Positions 1 through 9,618 of a stretch of DNA of 64,000 nucleotides are shown in pieces. The DNA lies in IMG/VR virus record IMGVR_UViG_3300043446_002688; one strand, 5' to 3'. The notes beneath the pieces were generated by a model. It did not search any database. It saw only the letters and a list, made by a program, of their open reading frames with translations, and was not told the DNA's origin. The stretch is from a virus. The position numbers and the translations under genes were made by a program. Numbering within the stretch: position 1 is the first letter of the stretch; the number at the start of each line of letters is the position of its first letter.

Positions 1-1359
1 TACCGTCAAGGCCGTACTCGCCGTGGAAGCTACGCTGCTTATCTTGATATCAGCCATCCTGATATTATTCCCTTCCTTGAGATGAGAAAACCAACTGGTG
101 ATCCAAATGTTCGTTGTTTGAATCTCCACCATGGTGTAAACATTCCTGATGCGTTCATGGAAATCATTGAACGCTGTATGTTGGATCCACAAGCCAATGA
201 TGATTGGCAACTAATTGATCCAAATAGTGGTGAAGTGCGTGAAACTGTATCAGCAAAGATGTTGTGGGAAAAACTAATTGATTTGCGTATGCATACGGGT
301 GAACCATACTTACACTTTATTGATACAAGTAATCGTATGTTACCACAATGGTTGAAAGATAAAGGATTGAAAGTACATCAATCCAATCTATGTTCAGAAA
401 TTATTTTACCAACAAACGAAAAGAGAACAGCTGTTTGTTGTTTATCGTCATTAAACTTGGAGACCTATGATGAGTGGAAGAATGATGCACTTTTTCTACG
501 GGACGTGGCAGAAATGCTTGATAACGTCTTACAGTATTTTATTGATAATGCTCCTGACAGTATCGCTCGTGCCAAGTATTCTGCTAGCCGTGAACGTTCT
601 ATTGGCATTGGCGCTTTGGGTTTCCATGCTTATTTGCAGCGAAAGAATGTGGCCTTTGAATCAGCCATTGCAAAATCAGTCAACAACAACATCTTCAAAA
701 CAATCAGAAAAGGATTAGACGATGCGAATGTTCAACTCGGTTTGGAACGTGGTGAAGCACCCGATGCTGTGGGCACTGGCTTCCGTTTCAGTCATCTTAT
801 GGCTATTGCTCCAAATGCTTCTTCGTCTATCATTTTGGGAAATACTAGCCCTAGTGTCGAGCCTTGGCGTGCTAATGCTTACCGTCAGGATACTCTATCT
901 GGAGCATTTCTAAACAAGAACAGATACTTGGATAAAATTATTCAAAAAGAATCTGAGAAACACTCTGAAGGTTGGGCTGATGAAGTTTGGTCTTCTATCA
1001 TTGCTAATGATGGTTCAGTTCAACACTTGACATGGATGGACGATGATACTAAGGATGTATTCAAAACATCCATGGAAATTGACCAACGATGGGTGATTGA
1101 ACACGCAGCTGACCGTCAACAATACATCGACCAAGCACAATCACTAAATGTGTTCTTCCGTCCAGATAGTCATTTGAAGTATATTCATGCCGTACATTTC
1201 TTGGCATGGAAACAAGGATTGAAAACATTATATTATTGCCGTAGTGAGAAACTTGCTAAGGCAGATAAAGTATCTAAGCGTATTGAACGTGAGGTTATTA
1301 AAGAACTTGATATGACACAAATTGCACAAGGTAATGATTGTATTGCTTGTGAGGGTTAA
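1..1359 (+). CDS. nrdA: Ribonucleotide reductase class Ia alpha subunit (5'-partial)
   Basis: Frame is open from base 1 (YRQGRTRRGSYAAYLDISHPD) into the listed ORF; motifs SNLCSEI, VCCLSSLNL, APNASSS, KTLYY, C-terminal CIACEG. Confidence 0.97.
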   Translation, partial: YRQGRTRRGSYAAYLDISHPDIIPFLEMRKPTGDPNVRCLNLHHGVNIPDAFMEIIERCMLDPQANDDWQLIDPNSGEVRETVSAKMLWEKLIDLRMHTGEPYLHFIDTSNRMLPQWLKDKGLKVHQSNLCSEIILPTNEKRTAVCCLSSLNLETYDEWKNDALFLRDVAEMLDNVLQYFIDNAPDSIARAKYSASRERSIGIGALGFHAYLQRKNVAFESAIAKSVNNNIFKTIRKGLDDANVQLGLERGEAPDAVGTGFRFSHLMAIAPNASSSIILGNTSPSVEPWRANAYRQDTLSGAFLNKNRYLDKIIQKESEKHSEGWADEVWSSIIANDGSVQHLTWMDDDTKDVFKTSMEIDQRWVIEHAADRQQYIDQAQSLNVFFRPDSHLKYIHAVHFLAWKQGLKTLYYCRSEKLAKADKVSKRIEREVIKELDMTQIAQGNDCIACEG

Positions 1360-1997
1360 TGAAACCAACTATAGCATTGTTCCTGCACCAGCCGAAATGC
1401 TCGGTGCAATCAGGTAACGGCATTATCAAAGCACTTGGTGAACATTACAACTTTAAGATTTTCACTAAACACGAACTAGAAGATGATTTCTTTGATAATG
1501 TCGATATTGTTGCTTTCCCTGGTGGTCTGGGTGACAGCGACAGCTTTGACTCTTTGCTTAAAAATAATCGGAACCGCATTTATGATTTTATTCGTAATGG
1601 CGGCCGTTATTTGGGAATTTGCATGGGTGCTTATTGGGCTGGCCGTGATTATTTTAATATTTTACATAATGTTGACGTAGAGCAATACATTACTAGGCCA
1701 AATACCGATACAAGAAGACCACATGCTAAGAATCTAAAGGTAGAATGGTTGGGTGAAGAAAAACATATGTTCTTCTATGACGGTTGTGCATTTGGTCCTG
1801 GTTATTATGATACTATTGCCAAATATATGAATGGTGATGCAATGGCAATAATACAAGGTCGTGTTGGCTTAATTGGATGTCATCCAGAAAGTCAACCACA
1901 TTGGTATGAAGAATATAGTTGGATGAAGAATAAGTATCATAATGGAGAACAACATCAGTTGTTATTGGATTTTGTTAATAGATTAATGGAGGCTTGA
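1359..1997 (+). CDS. Class I glutamine amidotransferase-like protein (BPL_N-like)
   Basis: FPGG, GGRYLGICMGAY nucleophile elbow and GCHPE. Confidence 0.8.
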   Translation: MKPTIALFLHQPKCSVQSGNGIIKALGEHYNFKIFTKHELEDDFFDNVDIVAFPGGLGDSDSFDSLLKNNRNRIYDFIRNGGRYLGICMGAYWAGRDYFNILHNVDVEQYITRPNTDTRRPHAKNLKVEWLGEEKHMFFYDGCAFGPGYYDTIAKYMNGDAMAIIQGRVGLIGCHPESQPHWYEEYSWMKNKYHNGEQHQLLLDFVNRLMEA

Positions 1998-2119
1998 TGT
2001 TAGTAGCAGAATATATTATAATTGGTTTTTTATCAGCATTAGGATGGTGGAGTGCAAATCATTATGTGATTGAACCATATGCACCACCACCAATTGAAAA
2101 GAAAAAGGAAGAAAAATGA
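1997..2119 (+). CDS. Small membrane protein, 40 aa (MLVAEYIIIGFLSALGWW...)
   Basis: Read by hand; fills the gap exactly, overlapping the stop/start codons of both neighbours. Confidence 0.6.
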   Translation: MLVAEYIIIGFLSALGWWSANHYVIEPYAPPPIEKKKEEK

Positions 2120-2367
2120 ACGACAAAAGAGTATTGAGATTTACAGCATCTTGGTGTGGTCCATGCAAGATGTTGGCAAAAAATTTAGAAAGTATAAACA
2201 CAAATATACCAATCGAAGTTGTAGATATTGATGTACACACAGAGGTTGCAATGGATTATGGTGTTCGTGGTGTACCAACACTTGTTATGTTGAATGGTAA
2301 CACAGAAATGAAAAGATTGGTCGGTATGCAATCACTAAAACAACTAGAGGACTGGCTGAATGATTAA
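2116..2367 (+). CDS. Thioredoxin
   Basis: WCGPC active site, GVRGVPT cis-Pro motif; located in the nrd operon. Confidence 0.95.
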   Translation: MNDKRVLRFTASWCGPCKMLAKNLESINTNIPIEVVDIDVHTEVAMDYGVRGVPTLVMLNGNTEMKRLVGMQSLKQLEDWLND

Positions 2368-3346
2368 AAAAGTAAATTCAAGAGTTACAGACGAAAGAAG
2401 TAATTTCAAACCTTTCAACTATGCATGGGCATACGATGCGTGGTTAAAGCATGAACAATCACATTGGCTCCACACAGAAGTTCCAATGTTGGAAGATGAA
2501 AAAGATTGGAAAAGAAAGTTAACTAAAGATGAGAAACTTTTTCTTACGCATATATTCAGGTTCTTCACACAGGGTGATATTGACGTGGCTGGTGGTTATG
2601 TACGGAATTATCTTCCTTATTTTCCTCAGCCTGAAATTAGGATGATGTTGATGGGTTTTGCTGCTCGTGAAGCCTTACACATTGCTGCATACAGTCACTT
2701 GATTGAAACTCTTGGTTTACCAGAAACAACATATAGTGAATTCTTGGAATACCAAGAAATGAAAGACAAACACGATTATGTGTTAGACTTATCATCTAAG
2801 AATGGTACAAAAGAAAACACAGCTCGTCACATTGCTGTATTCTCCGCATTTACTGAAGGTATGCAGTTGTTCTCCTCATTCATTATGTTGTTGAATTTCC
2901 CACGGCATGGCAAGATGAAGGGTATGGGTCAAATCGTTACTTGGTCCATCGTTGACGAAACGATGCACGCTGAGAATATGATGAAATTGTTTAAAACATA
3001 TATAAACGAGAACCCCGAAATCTGGAACGATGAATTGAAGAGCAGCATCTACACTATTGCAGAGAAGATGGTTGAACTTGAAGATAAGTTTATTGATTTG
3101 GCTTTTGGTGTAAATCAAATGGAAGACTTAACAAGTGAAGATGTTAAGAAATACATTCGTTACATCGCTGACCGCCGATTGATTGGTCTTGGTATGAAGG
3201 GTATCTTTAAAGTAAAAAGAAATCCTCTTCCATGGGTTGAGGAAATGATTAATGCTCCAACTCATACCAACTTCTTTGAGAATCGTGCAACAGATTATGC
3301 AAAAGGTGCTCAACAAGGAACATGGGGTGATGTTTGGGCTCATTAA
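2360..3346 (+). CDS. nrdB: Ribonucleotide reductase class Ia beta subunit
   Basis: EALHIAAY, FTEGMQLFSSF, DETMH di-iron ligands, NFFE. Confidence 0.97.
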   Translation: MIKKVNSRVTDERSNFKPFNYAWAYDAWLKHEQSHWLHTEVPMLEDEKDWKRKLTKDEKLFLTHIFRFFTQGDIDVAGGYVRNYLPYFPQPEIRMMLMGFAAREALHIAAYSHLIETLGLPETTYSEFLEYQEMKDKHDYVLDLSSKNGTKENTARHIAVFSAFTEGMQLFSSFIMLLNFPRHGKMKGMGQIVTWSIVDETMHAENMMKLFKTYINENPEIWNDELKSSIYTIAEKMVELEDKFIDLAFGVNQMEDLTSEDVKKYIRYIADRRLIGLGMKGIFKVKRNPLPWVEEMINAPTHTNFFENRATDYAKGAQQGTWGDVWAH

Positions 3347-3355
3347 GGAGACCTT

Positions 3356-3541
3356 ATGTCAAAGTTAATTACAGGCGAATGCCTAAATTGTGAATCAAGT
3401 TATGAAGTTGCTTATGTTGAGCAACTTGTATCATCTGAATTACCAGAACATTGTCCTTTCTGCGGTGAAAAGATTGAAGAAATCACCGAAGACTATATAG
3501 AGGACGATGATTTGGATGACGATGATTTAAAATGGGAATAA
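3356..3541 (+). CDS. Small zinc-ribbon protein with acidic tail
   Basis: CLNC...CPFCG. Confidence 0.75.
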   Translation: MSKLITGECLNCESSYEVAYVEQLVSSELPEHCPFCGEKIEEITEDYIEDDDLDDDDLKWE

Positions 3542-3945
3542 ACTGGATACACGATAATAAAGACTTCACAGAAGAACAGATTGGTGAGAATTATGGTTTT
3601 GTTTACCTAATCACCAATCTGACCAATAACAAAAAATACATTGGTAAGAAATTTTTCTACAGCTCTAAGACAAAAGTAGTAAAAGGCAAGAAAAAGAAAC
3701 ACAAGGTTTCCTCGGATTGGCAAACTTACTACGGATCCAACGAGGAACTGAAAAAAGATGTTATAATGCACGGTCGTGAACAGTTCAAGCGAGAGATTAT
3801 ACACTTGTGCAAATCCAAAGGTGAGTGTGGTTATCTTGAAGCAAAAGAGCAGTTCGTTAATGGTGCGTTAGAGAGTGATGAGTATTACAATACCTGGATT
3901 ATGGTAAGAGTGAGAAAATCACACATTAAAGGATTACAATGTTAG
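3532..3945 (+). CDS. GIY-YIG endonuclease, T4 endonuclease II (DenA)-like
   Basis: GFVYLITN..KKYIGKK, WQTYYGS, YYN; follows nrdB as in T4-like phages. Confidence 0.85.
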   Translation: MGINWIHDNKDFTEEQIGENYGFVYLITNLTNNKKYIGKKFFYSSKTKVVKGKKKKHKVSSDWQTYYGSNEELKKDVIMHGREQFKREIIHLCKSKGECGYLEAKEQFVNGALESDEYYNTWIMVRVRKSHIKGLQC

Positions 3946-4283
3946 ACGTTTTGCGTGAGATTGAAGATTATGATACCATCTTTTTTGTACCACATCCTGA
4001 AGATGACAATCAGGTAAAATTAGAAGTGGCAAAGTACAAAGAAATGGGAGAAAAGTTGGATGTCGGTTTGGCCGGAGATTCCTATGAAATTATCCTTTTC
4101 AGATTGAACGAAGAAGATGAAATGACAGACCTGGATAAATTCCAAGGCGTTTTGTCTGAACCCCGTGAATATATCAGCAGAATGATTAAAGATGATTGGT
4201 ATGGTATGGTTACCAGGAAAACCACCACATCACACCGACTGGTGGATGATGTATTTGCCAAATGGAACAGTTTTGCAGTATAA
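3939..4283 (+). CDS. Hypothetical protein
   Basis: Operon-packed ORF. Confidence 0.7.
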   Translation: MLDVLREIEDYDTIFFVPHPEDDNQVKLEVAKYKEMGEKLDVGLAGDSYEIILFRLNEEDEMTDLDKFQGVLSEPREYISRMIKDDWYGMVTRKTTTSHRLVDDVFAKWNSFAV

Positions 4284-4307
4284 TATGTAAAACTACTGAA
4301 AGTTATT

Positions 4308-5171
4308 ATGATTCTTGTTGATTTAAACCAAGTCTTATTGGCAGGCCTCATGGCTCAAATTGCCAACGCAAAACCAAAAGTGAAATTAGAGGAAGACCTA
4401 ATTCGCCACATGGTTTTGAATATTATCCGAACACACCTAAAGAACTTCCGTAAAGAATATGGTGAAGTTGTACTCTGTGCTGACAATCGTAAATATTGGC
4501 GCAAGGATTTCTTTCCACATTACAAGGCAGGTCGTAAAAAGACACGTGCTAAATCAGATTTAGATTGGCATCTAATCTTTGATATGTTGTCTAAGTTCAA
4601 ACAAGAACTCAAAGACAATTTCCCATACAAAGTGATTGATGTTGAAGGTGCCGAAGCGGATGACATTATTGGTACACTTGTGCCTCGTCACATTATGCAT
4701 GAGGATATTCTAATCATCTCCAGTGATGGTGACTTCTTGCAATTACAGATGTACAATGGTAGAACACCATTTACAGTCAAACAATACAATCCAACACAAA
4801 AGAAATTTGTTGTGTCGGACAATCCACTACATGAATTGAAAATTAAAATCATTGGTGGCGATGCAGGTGATGGTATTCCAAACATCATGTCACCTGGAGA
4901 TACATTCGTGCGTGACATTAGACAGAAACGCATGACAGAAGGTAGATTAGAAAAATACCTGAATGAAGATATTACACAATATGATGAGGAAGCCAAGATT
5001 GGTTATTCTCGTAATAGTACCTTGATTGACCTACGAAACATTCCAAGTGATATTCAAAGTAAAATCATAAATACTTATGATGAAACCAAACCTGCACCTA
5101 AAGGTAAGATTTTGGACTATTTCATTGCTAATAAACTGAAAAATCTTATGGATGTGATTGGAGAATTTTGA
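4308..5171 (+). CDS. rnh: T4-type RNase H (5'-3' exonuclease)
   Basis: ILVDLNQV, YKAGRKK, EADDIIG, SSDGDFLQL, GDAGDGIPN. Confidence 0.95.
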   Translation: MILVDLNQVLLAGLMAQIANAKPKVKLEEDLIRHMVLNIIRTHLKNFRKEYGEVVLCADNRKYWRKDFFPHYKAGRKKTRAKSDLDWHLIFDMLSKFKQELKDNFPYKVIDVEGAEADDIIGTLVPRHIMHEDILIISSDGDFLQLQMYNGRTPFTVKQYNPTQKKFVVSDNPLHELKIKIIGGDAGDGIPNIMSPGDTFVRDIRQKRMTEGRLEKYLNEDITQYDEEAKIGYSRNSTLIDLRNIPSDIQSKIINTYDETKPAPKGKILDYFIANKLKNLMDVIGEF

Positions 5172-5596
5172 TGAAGGCTTTGTATGAAATTTTTGATGAG
5201 TTTGAGGAAGCAAAAACCAAAGAAGCAAGAATGGGTGTTATTGAACGCAACCTTTCAAAAGTTTTGGTAGATGTTTTGCAGTTAACATATCATCCAGATT
5301 TCCAATGGAAGGTAAAAGAACTTCCAGAAAATTATAAAATTCCAACGGACATGCTTCCAGGAATCACACATGATAGTTTGAACTCACAACTGCGTAGGTT
5401 GTATATGTTTAGAGTTGGTGATCCTACGGCAGAATCGTTGACTGAAAAAAGAAGAAATGAATTGTTGATTCAGATTTTAGAATCAATTGAACCAAGAGAA
5501 GCAGAAGTAGTTTTGGGTATTTTCCAAAAAGACCTGCATGTAAAAGGTCTAACATATAAATTTGTTAAAGAGGCATTTCCAAATCTATTACCATGA
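5168..5596 (+). CDS. Conserved T4-like hypothetical protein downstream of rnh
   Basis: RRNELLIQILESIEPREAEVV pattern typical of the post-rnh gene. Confidence 0.75.
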   Translation: MMKALYEIFDEFEEAKTKEARMGVIERNLSKVLVDVLQLTYHPDFQWKVKELPENYKIPTDMLPGITHDSLNSQLRRLYMFRVGDPTAESLTEKRRNELLIQILESIEPREAEVVLGIFQKDLHVKGLTYKFVKEAFPNLLP

Positions 5597-5964
5597 TACC
5601 AAAAGATAGAATAATCGTTACATCAGGTGATTATGATATTTTGAGAGTTGAAGATTTGAGATTCTTACAGAAATGTAGAGCTCAAGGTGATTGGTTAATT
5701 GTTGGTTTGAATTCTGATATAGCAACACATATGAAAACAGGCACACTTTATAATCGTTATGACGATAGACAAGAATTGTTACAAGGATTAAAGTGTGTTG
5801 ATGAGATAGTTCGTTACAATGATGCTGATGGCACAGATTGTAACTTATTAAAGGCCGTTAAACTGTTTTATCCTCAGGCAGTTATAACATATGTTTCTAA
5901 GCATGATATGCATAATATGCCAGAAACAAAAATTAGAGGAATTACATTTCAAGTTATTGATTAA
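5593..5964 (+). CDS. Cytidylyltransferase-like (RfaE/HldE domain II-like) protein with degenerate HxGH motif
   Basis: VTSGDYDIL, GDWLIVGLNSD, ELLQGLKCVDEIV. Confidence 0.75.
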   Translation: MIPKDRIIVTSGDYDILRVEDLRFLQKCRAQGDWLIVGLNSDIATHMKTGTLYNRYDDRQELLQGLKCVDEIVRYNDADGTDCNLLKAVKLFYPQAVITYVSKHDMHNMPETKIRGITFQVID

Positions 5965-5973
5965 GGAGTAGTA

Positions 5974-6168
5974 GTGTCGAAGTTTGTGGCTAAGTTCCGT
6001 AAAAATGCGGATTATAATGATGATTATGAATATTCACAAAAACGCAAGCGTAGTGGTAAACATGATCCATCAAAAAAGTTAACCAATTACGATTATGATA
6101 GAATGATGCAGGATGAGGAGTTATACTACCAAAAACCTGCTCGCCGAAAAGTAAGAGAAATGTATTAA
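5974..6168 (+). CDS. Hypothetical protein (GTG start)
   Basis: AGGAG RBS upstream. Confidence 0.65.
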   Translation: MSKFVAKFRKNADYNDDYEYSQKRKRSGKHDPSKKLTNYDYDRMMQDEELYYQKPARRKVREMY

Positions 6169-6174
6169 TTCCTA

Positions 6175-6227
6175 GTGTTGTAGGTAAACAACACAATAAT
6201 TGACAAATCTCCTGATTATGTTATAAT
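6175..6227 (+). promoter_or_regulatory. Sigma70-like promoter TTGACA-N16-TATAAT with upstream dyad GTGTTGT-N6-ACAACAC
   Basis: TTGACA 6200-6205, TATAAT 6222-6227, inverted repeat 6175-6194. Confidence 0.8.
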
Positions 6228-6249
6228 ATACGCATACAGGAGATTTGTT

Positions 6250-6579
6250 ATGATGATTTATACTCGCACACCTAAATCAAAGCGCAAGCTTGCACCAAAA
6301 GCCGAGCGTGAGCAATATCAAAAATGGTTGGATTCACACAAACCAACCAAAGTCATACAATCCACTCCACAAAAATTCACTTATAAACTGTCGGCACCTG
6401 CCGGCCGTGAAACTAAGCACTTTCCATCATTAAATACCGGTAATGTTGCTGCCACTAAAGCAGAACCGAAAGTATACACTGGTGATAAAGTGCTCGGTAT
6501 TGCAACTTTGCACAAATCAAACGCTGTTCCTGTGTTTAAGAAAGAGGAAGCAGTGGAAATCTCAAGCATGAGGCGTTAA
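6250..6579 (+). CDS. Conserved basic hypothetical protein
   Basis: ORF after promoter with GGAG RBS; C-terminal LGIATLHKSNAVPVF. Confidence 0.75.
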   Translation: MMIYTRTPKSKRKLAPKAEREQYQKWLDSHKPTKVIQSTPQKFTYKLSAPAGRETKHFPSLNTGNVAATKAEPKVYTGDKVLGIATLHKSNAVPVFKKEEAVEISSMRR

Positions 6580-6580
6580 A

Positions 6581-6718
6581 ATGAAAAGGAAAATTAATTT
6601 TGTTGTAGAATTGAAACGACCTGTGTGTCGGACACCAATCAAGCCTGTACAGGCTCATAAAAATGAGGTAAAATATGAACGAAAACCAAAACACAGAGCA
6701 AAAATCTACGAAAATTGA
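6581..6718 (+). CDS. Small basic protein, 45 aa, with YxRKxKH motif
   Basis: Read by hand: MKRKINFVVELKRPVCRTPIKPVQAHKNEVKYERKPKHRAKIYEN; GAGG upstream. Confidence 0.55.
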   Translation: MKRKINFVVELKRPVCRTPIKPVQAHKNEVKYERKPKHRAKIYEN

Positions 6719-6965
6719 TTGGGAGCCTGTTTCGCAAGCAACCAAACGCTGGGCAATCATGTCACAATGGGAAAATGACTTAGAAAATTACGGAAAAACT
6801 TGGTCAACTAGCATTGAAGAAGCGAATGATGGCACAGGCGATGCAATTTTGACTTTTCCTGATGAATTGCTCATGTTAAAAGGTTGGAGTGAAGGCACGG
6901 TGTTGAATATGGAAGTAGAACAAACGCCTACAGGCAATGTCCTTGTAATTACTGAGAAAAAATAA
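6675..6965 (+). CDS. AbrB/MazE/SpoVT-like DNA-binding domain protein
   Basis: C-terminal GDAILTFPDELL..KGWSEGTVLNMEV swapped-hairpin pattern. Confidence 0.6.
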   Translation: MNENQNTEQKSTKIDWEPVSQATKRWAIMSQWENDLENYGKTWSTSIEEANDGTGDAILTFPDELLMLKGWSEGTVLNMEVEQTPTGNVLVITEKK

Positions 6966-9100
6966 TGAGTTTACTTGAAACAAAATCACTATTGGCCAAG
7001 TTGATGGCTACGGAAGACTTGCGTATTCAGCAAGACAGAGTACAAACAGCAAGTTTTAACATTGAAACTCGTGTGTTGACTGTGCCAATCTTGGACAATA
7101 AGATTTCCAAAGATGTTTATGATTTGTTTATGGGTCACGAAGTTGGCCATGCACTATACACACCATATGATGGCATGAAAAAAGCCATTGCTGATAAAAT
7201 TAATATGAATGTGGTGAACATTGTTGAAGATTCACGCATTGAACGCAAGATTAAAAACAAATATCCTGGTATCAAAGCACCTTTCTTTCGTGCTTATGAT
7301 GAACTGTATGAGAAAAACTTCTTTGGTACAGAAGGTAAAGACCTAAACGCATACAATTTTGTTGATAGAATCAACTTGCATTGTAAAATTGGTGCAGGAT
7401 TGACTATTAAATTCTCCGATAAAGAGCGTGAACTGCTTTCCGAAGTAGAATCAACTGAAACTTATGATGATGTGATTGAAGTTACAAAGAAAATTTGTGA
7501 TTTTATGAACATGGAAGATGAAGAGGAAGTAAAAACATTAACAGTTGCTGTCTTAACTGATGATGATGGTGATGGAACCAATGAAAATGAAAGTGAAGGT
7601 GAACAACCAGCAGACATTACCGTTGATGCTCGTCAAGGAGAAGGTGGAGATTCTTCAGGTGATAGTGAAGAAAACGAAGGCGAAGAAGAAAAACAGACCA
7701 AAGATGAAGTTGGTGGCAGTGTAGGCACACAAGGAGCTGGTCGTAATGAAAATCGTAAGACACCTCCACAAGAAATTCGTTCATTTACTGATGAAGCATA
7801 CAAGGAAAATGAACATCAACTGTTTGACAAAGGTCAATCCAAGTATGTTTATGTAAATGTGCCTGAATATGACATCAAAAAAGGCGTTGTTGACTACAAA
7901 ACACTTTATTTGAAGTGTGAGACTGAAGGTTTTACAATCAATCGGCAAGATTTTATCAATTACCGCCGTGAATCCGCAAAGGTTGTGTCGTACCTTGTGA
8001 AAGAATTTGAACTCCGCAAGAATGCCGACCAAATGAAGCGTGCTTCAACTGCAAAAACTGGTGATTTAGACCTGAGTAAAATCTATTCATTCAATTTTAA
8101 CGAAGATTTGTTTAAGAAAATCACTGTTGTGCCTCACGGTCAATCACACGGACTTGTTATGTTCTTGGATTGGTCAGGTTCTATGTCACGACACATTGGT
8201 AATACAGTGAAACAACTGTTGAACCTGGTGATGTTCTGTAAGAAGGTTAACATTCCATACGAAGTTTATTGTTTCATTGAATCTAGTGACAGAGAATTTC
8301 TCTACAAACCAGCAGCAAAACTTGGTGATGTGTATTGTGGTGAATTTGGTATGGTTAATTTGTTGTCAAGTAGAATGACAGCCAATGAATTTATCACTGG
8401 TGCAGCTGCAATGATGAAGTTTGGTGGTATTGCAAAAGAATGTTTGAACCGTTCTTTGACACCATGGTTCTTGCGTATGAGTGGTACACCATTGAATGAG
8501 TGTGTTATCGCTGCCATGGAAATTGTACCTGACTTCCAGAAGAAAAATCGTTTACAAATTGTGAACACTGTTTTTCTAACTGATGGTGAAGGTAGTTGTT
8601 TGTTTGATATGTATGATGGTCCATATTATCCAACAAAGGCTGCATTTACACATATGGTCATCCGTGATCCTAAAACTAGAAACGAAGAAGTGTTTGAAAG
8701 AAACGGTAGAGCAGGCCTTTACTATTCTAGTATGTTGATGGCACAGACTGATTGTTTCATTCGTTTGTTGAAGAAACGCACCAACTCACATGTGATTGGT
8801 TTCTTTGTGTGTGAATCAAAAGACATTTCAAATCGTTTCAGTTACTTCTATCCTGGTCAAACAGATGATACCGTTGTGAAAGAGAAGTTTAGAAAAGAAA
8901 ACTATGCCGTTGTGACAAGTACCGGTTTTGATGACTATTATCTGTTACGGTCAAATGGCCTAGATACTGATGATGAAGAAGAACTTGAGTTCAAGGAAAA
9001 TGCAACCACTCGTGGTATGGTTTCAGCATTCAGTAAGTATACTGGAAACAAAATCACAAGTCGTGTTGTATTGAATCGTTTTATTGGATTGATTTCGTAA
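6965..9100 (+). CDS. HEXXH metallopeptidase-like plus VWA domain protein (CobT-like partner of a CobS/MoxR ATPase)
   Basis: MGHEVGHALYTP, acidic linker, LDWSGSM MIDAS, SGTPL, FLTDGEG. Confidence 0.85.
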   Translation: MSLLETKSLLAKLMATEDLRIQQDRVQTASFNIETRVLTVPILDNKISKDVYDLFMGHEVGHALYTPYDGMKKAIADKINMNVVNIVEDSRIERKIKNKYPGIKAPFFRAYDELYEKNFFGTEGKDLNAYNFVDRINLHCKIGAGLTIKFSDKERELLSEVESTETYDDVIEVTKKICDFMNMEDEEEVKTLTVAVLTDDDGDGTNENESEGEQPADITVDARQGEGGDSSGDSEENEGEEEKQTKDEVGGSVGTQGAGRNENRKTPPQEIRSFTDEAYKENEHQLFDKGQSKYVYVNVPEYDIKKGVVDYKTLYLKCETEGFTINRQDFINYRRESAKVVSYLVKEFELRKNADQMKRASTAKTGDLDLSKIYSFNFNEDLFKKITVVPHGQSHGLVMFLDWSGSMSRHIGNTVKQLLNLVMFCKKVNIPYEVYCFIESSDREFLYKPAAKLGDVYCGEFGMVNLLSSRMTANEFITGAAAMMKFGGIAKECLNRSLTPWFLRMSGTPLNECVIAAMEIVPDFQKKNRLQIVNTVFLTDGEGSCLFDMYDGPYYPTKAAFTHMVIRDPKTRNEEVFERNGRAGLYYSSMLMAQTDCFIRLLKKRTNSHVIGFFVCESKDISNRFSYFYPGQTDDTVVKEKFRKENYAVVTSTGFDDYYLLRSNGLDTDDEEELEFKENATTRGMVSAFSKYTGNKITSRVVLNRFIGLIS

Positions 9101-9110
9101 GGAGTAAAAA

Positions 9111-9350
9111 ATGGAAATTTATTCAGAATACTATGAAGGTGACCGTAGAGCCACCGTCACAAGGTTGCGTAGAAGTGAGTGGGCATCAGAACTTGATGTT
9201 TGGGAAGTTGCCATGTATATCAACGGCAAACCAATTCAAAGAACCACATTGAAGAATGAATCTGCTGCCGAAGATTTGGCAGAAGATTTTGTCCGAGGTG
9301 GTGATACCTCAGCACCCACATTATTGAATGAGCACATCAGCAATGGATAA
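9111..9350 (+). CDS. Hypothetical protein
   Basis: AAGGAG RBS. Confidence 0.7.
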   Translation: MEIYSEYYEGDRRATVTRLRRSEWASELDVWEVAMYINGKPIQRTTLKNESAAEDLAEDFVRGGDTSAPTLLNEHISNG

Positions 9351-9618
9351 TCAAATCAAGGAAGTCTTTTGCATCGCACAGGAAGAGTGTGCAGAAGTTA
9401 CCCAAGCAATTTCTAAAATCTTCCGTTTCGGTTTTGAATCACAACATCCTGTTAGTCTAAAGACCAACAAGGAAAGCCTAGAGGAAGAAGTGGGAGACCT
9501 CCTTGCCATGGTTGACATTATGGTGGAAAAGTGTATAATATCAGATGAACAAGTGAACCTTGCTCGGAAGAAGAAACGAGAGAAACTGAAAACTTGGTCA
9601 ACTATTGAAGGACTGTAA
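9328..9618 (+). CDS. MazG-like NTP pyrophosphohydrolase
   Basis: QEECAEV...EEEVGDLLAM (ExxE...ExxD); true start probably 9343. Confidence 0.8.
   Translation: MSTSAMDNQIKEVFCIAQEECAEVTQAISKIFRFGFESQHPVSLKTNKESLEEEVGDLLAMVDIMVEKCIISDEQVNLARKKKREKLKTWSTIEGL

Noticed and set aside
1-3346. Group I intron or intein in nrdA/nrdB
   Set aside because: Both reading frames are continuous with expected motif spacing in the visible part
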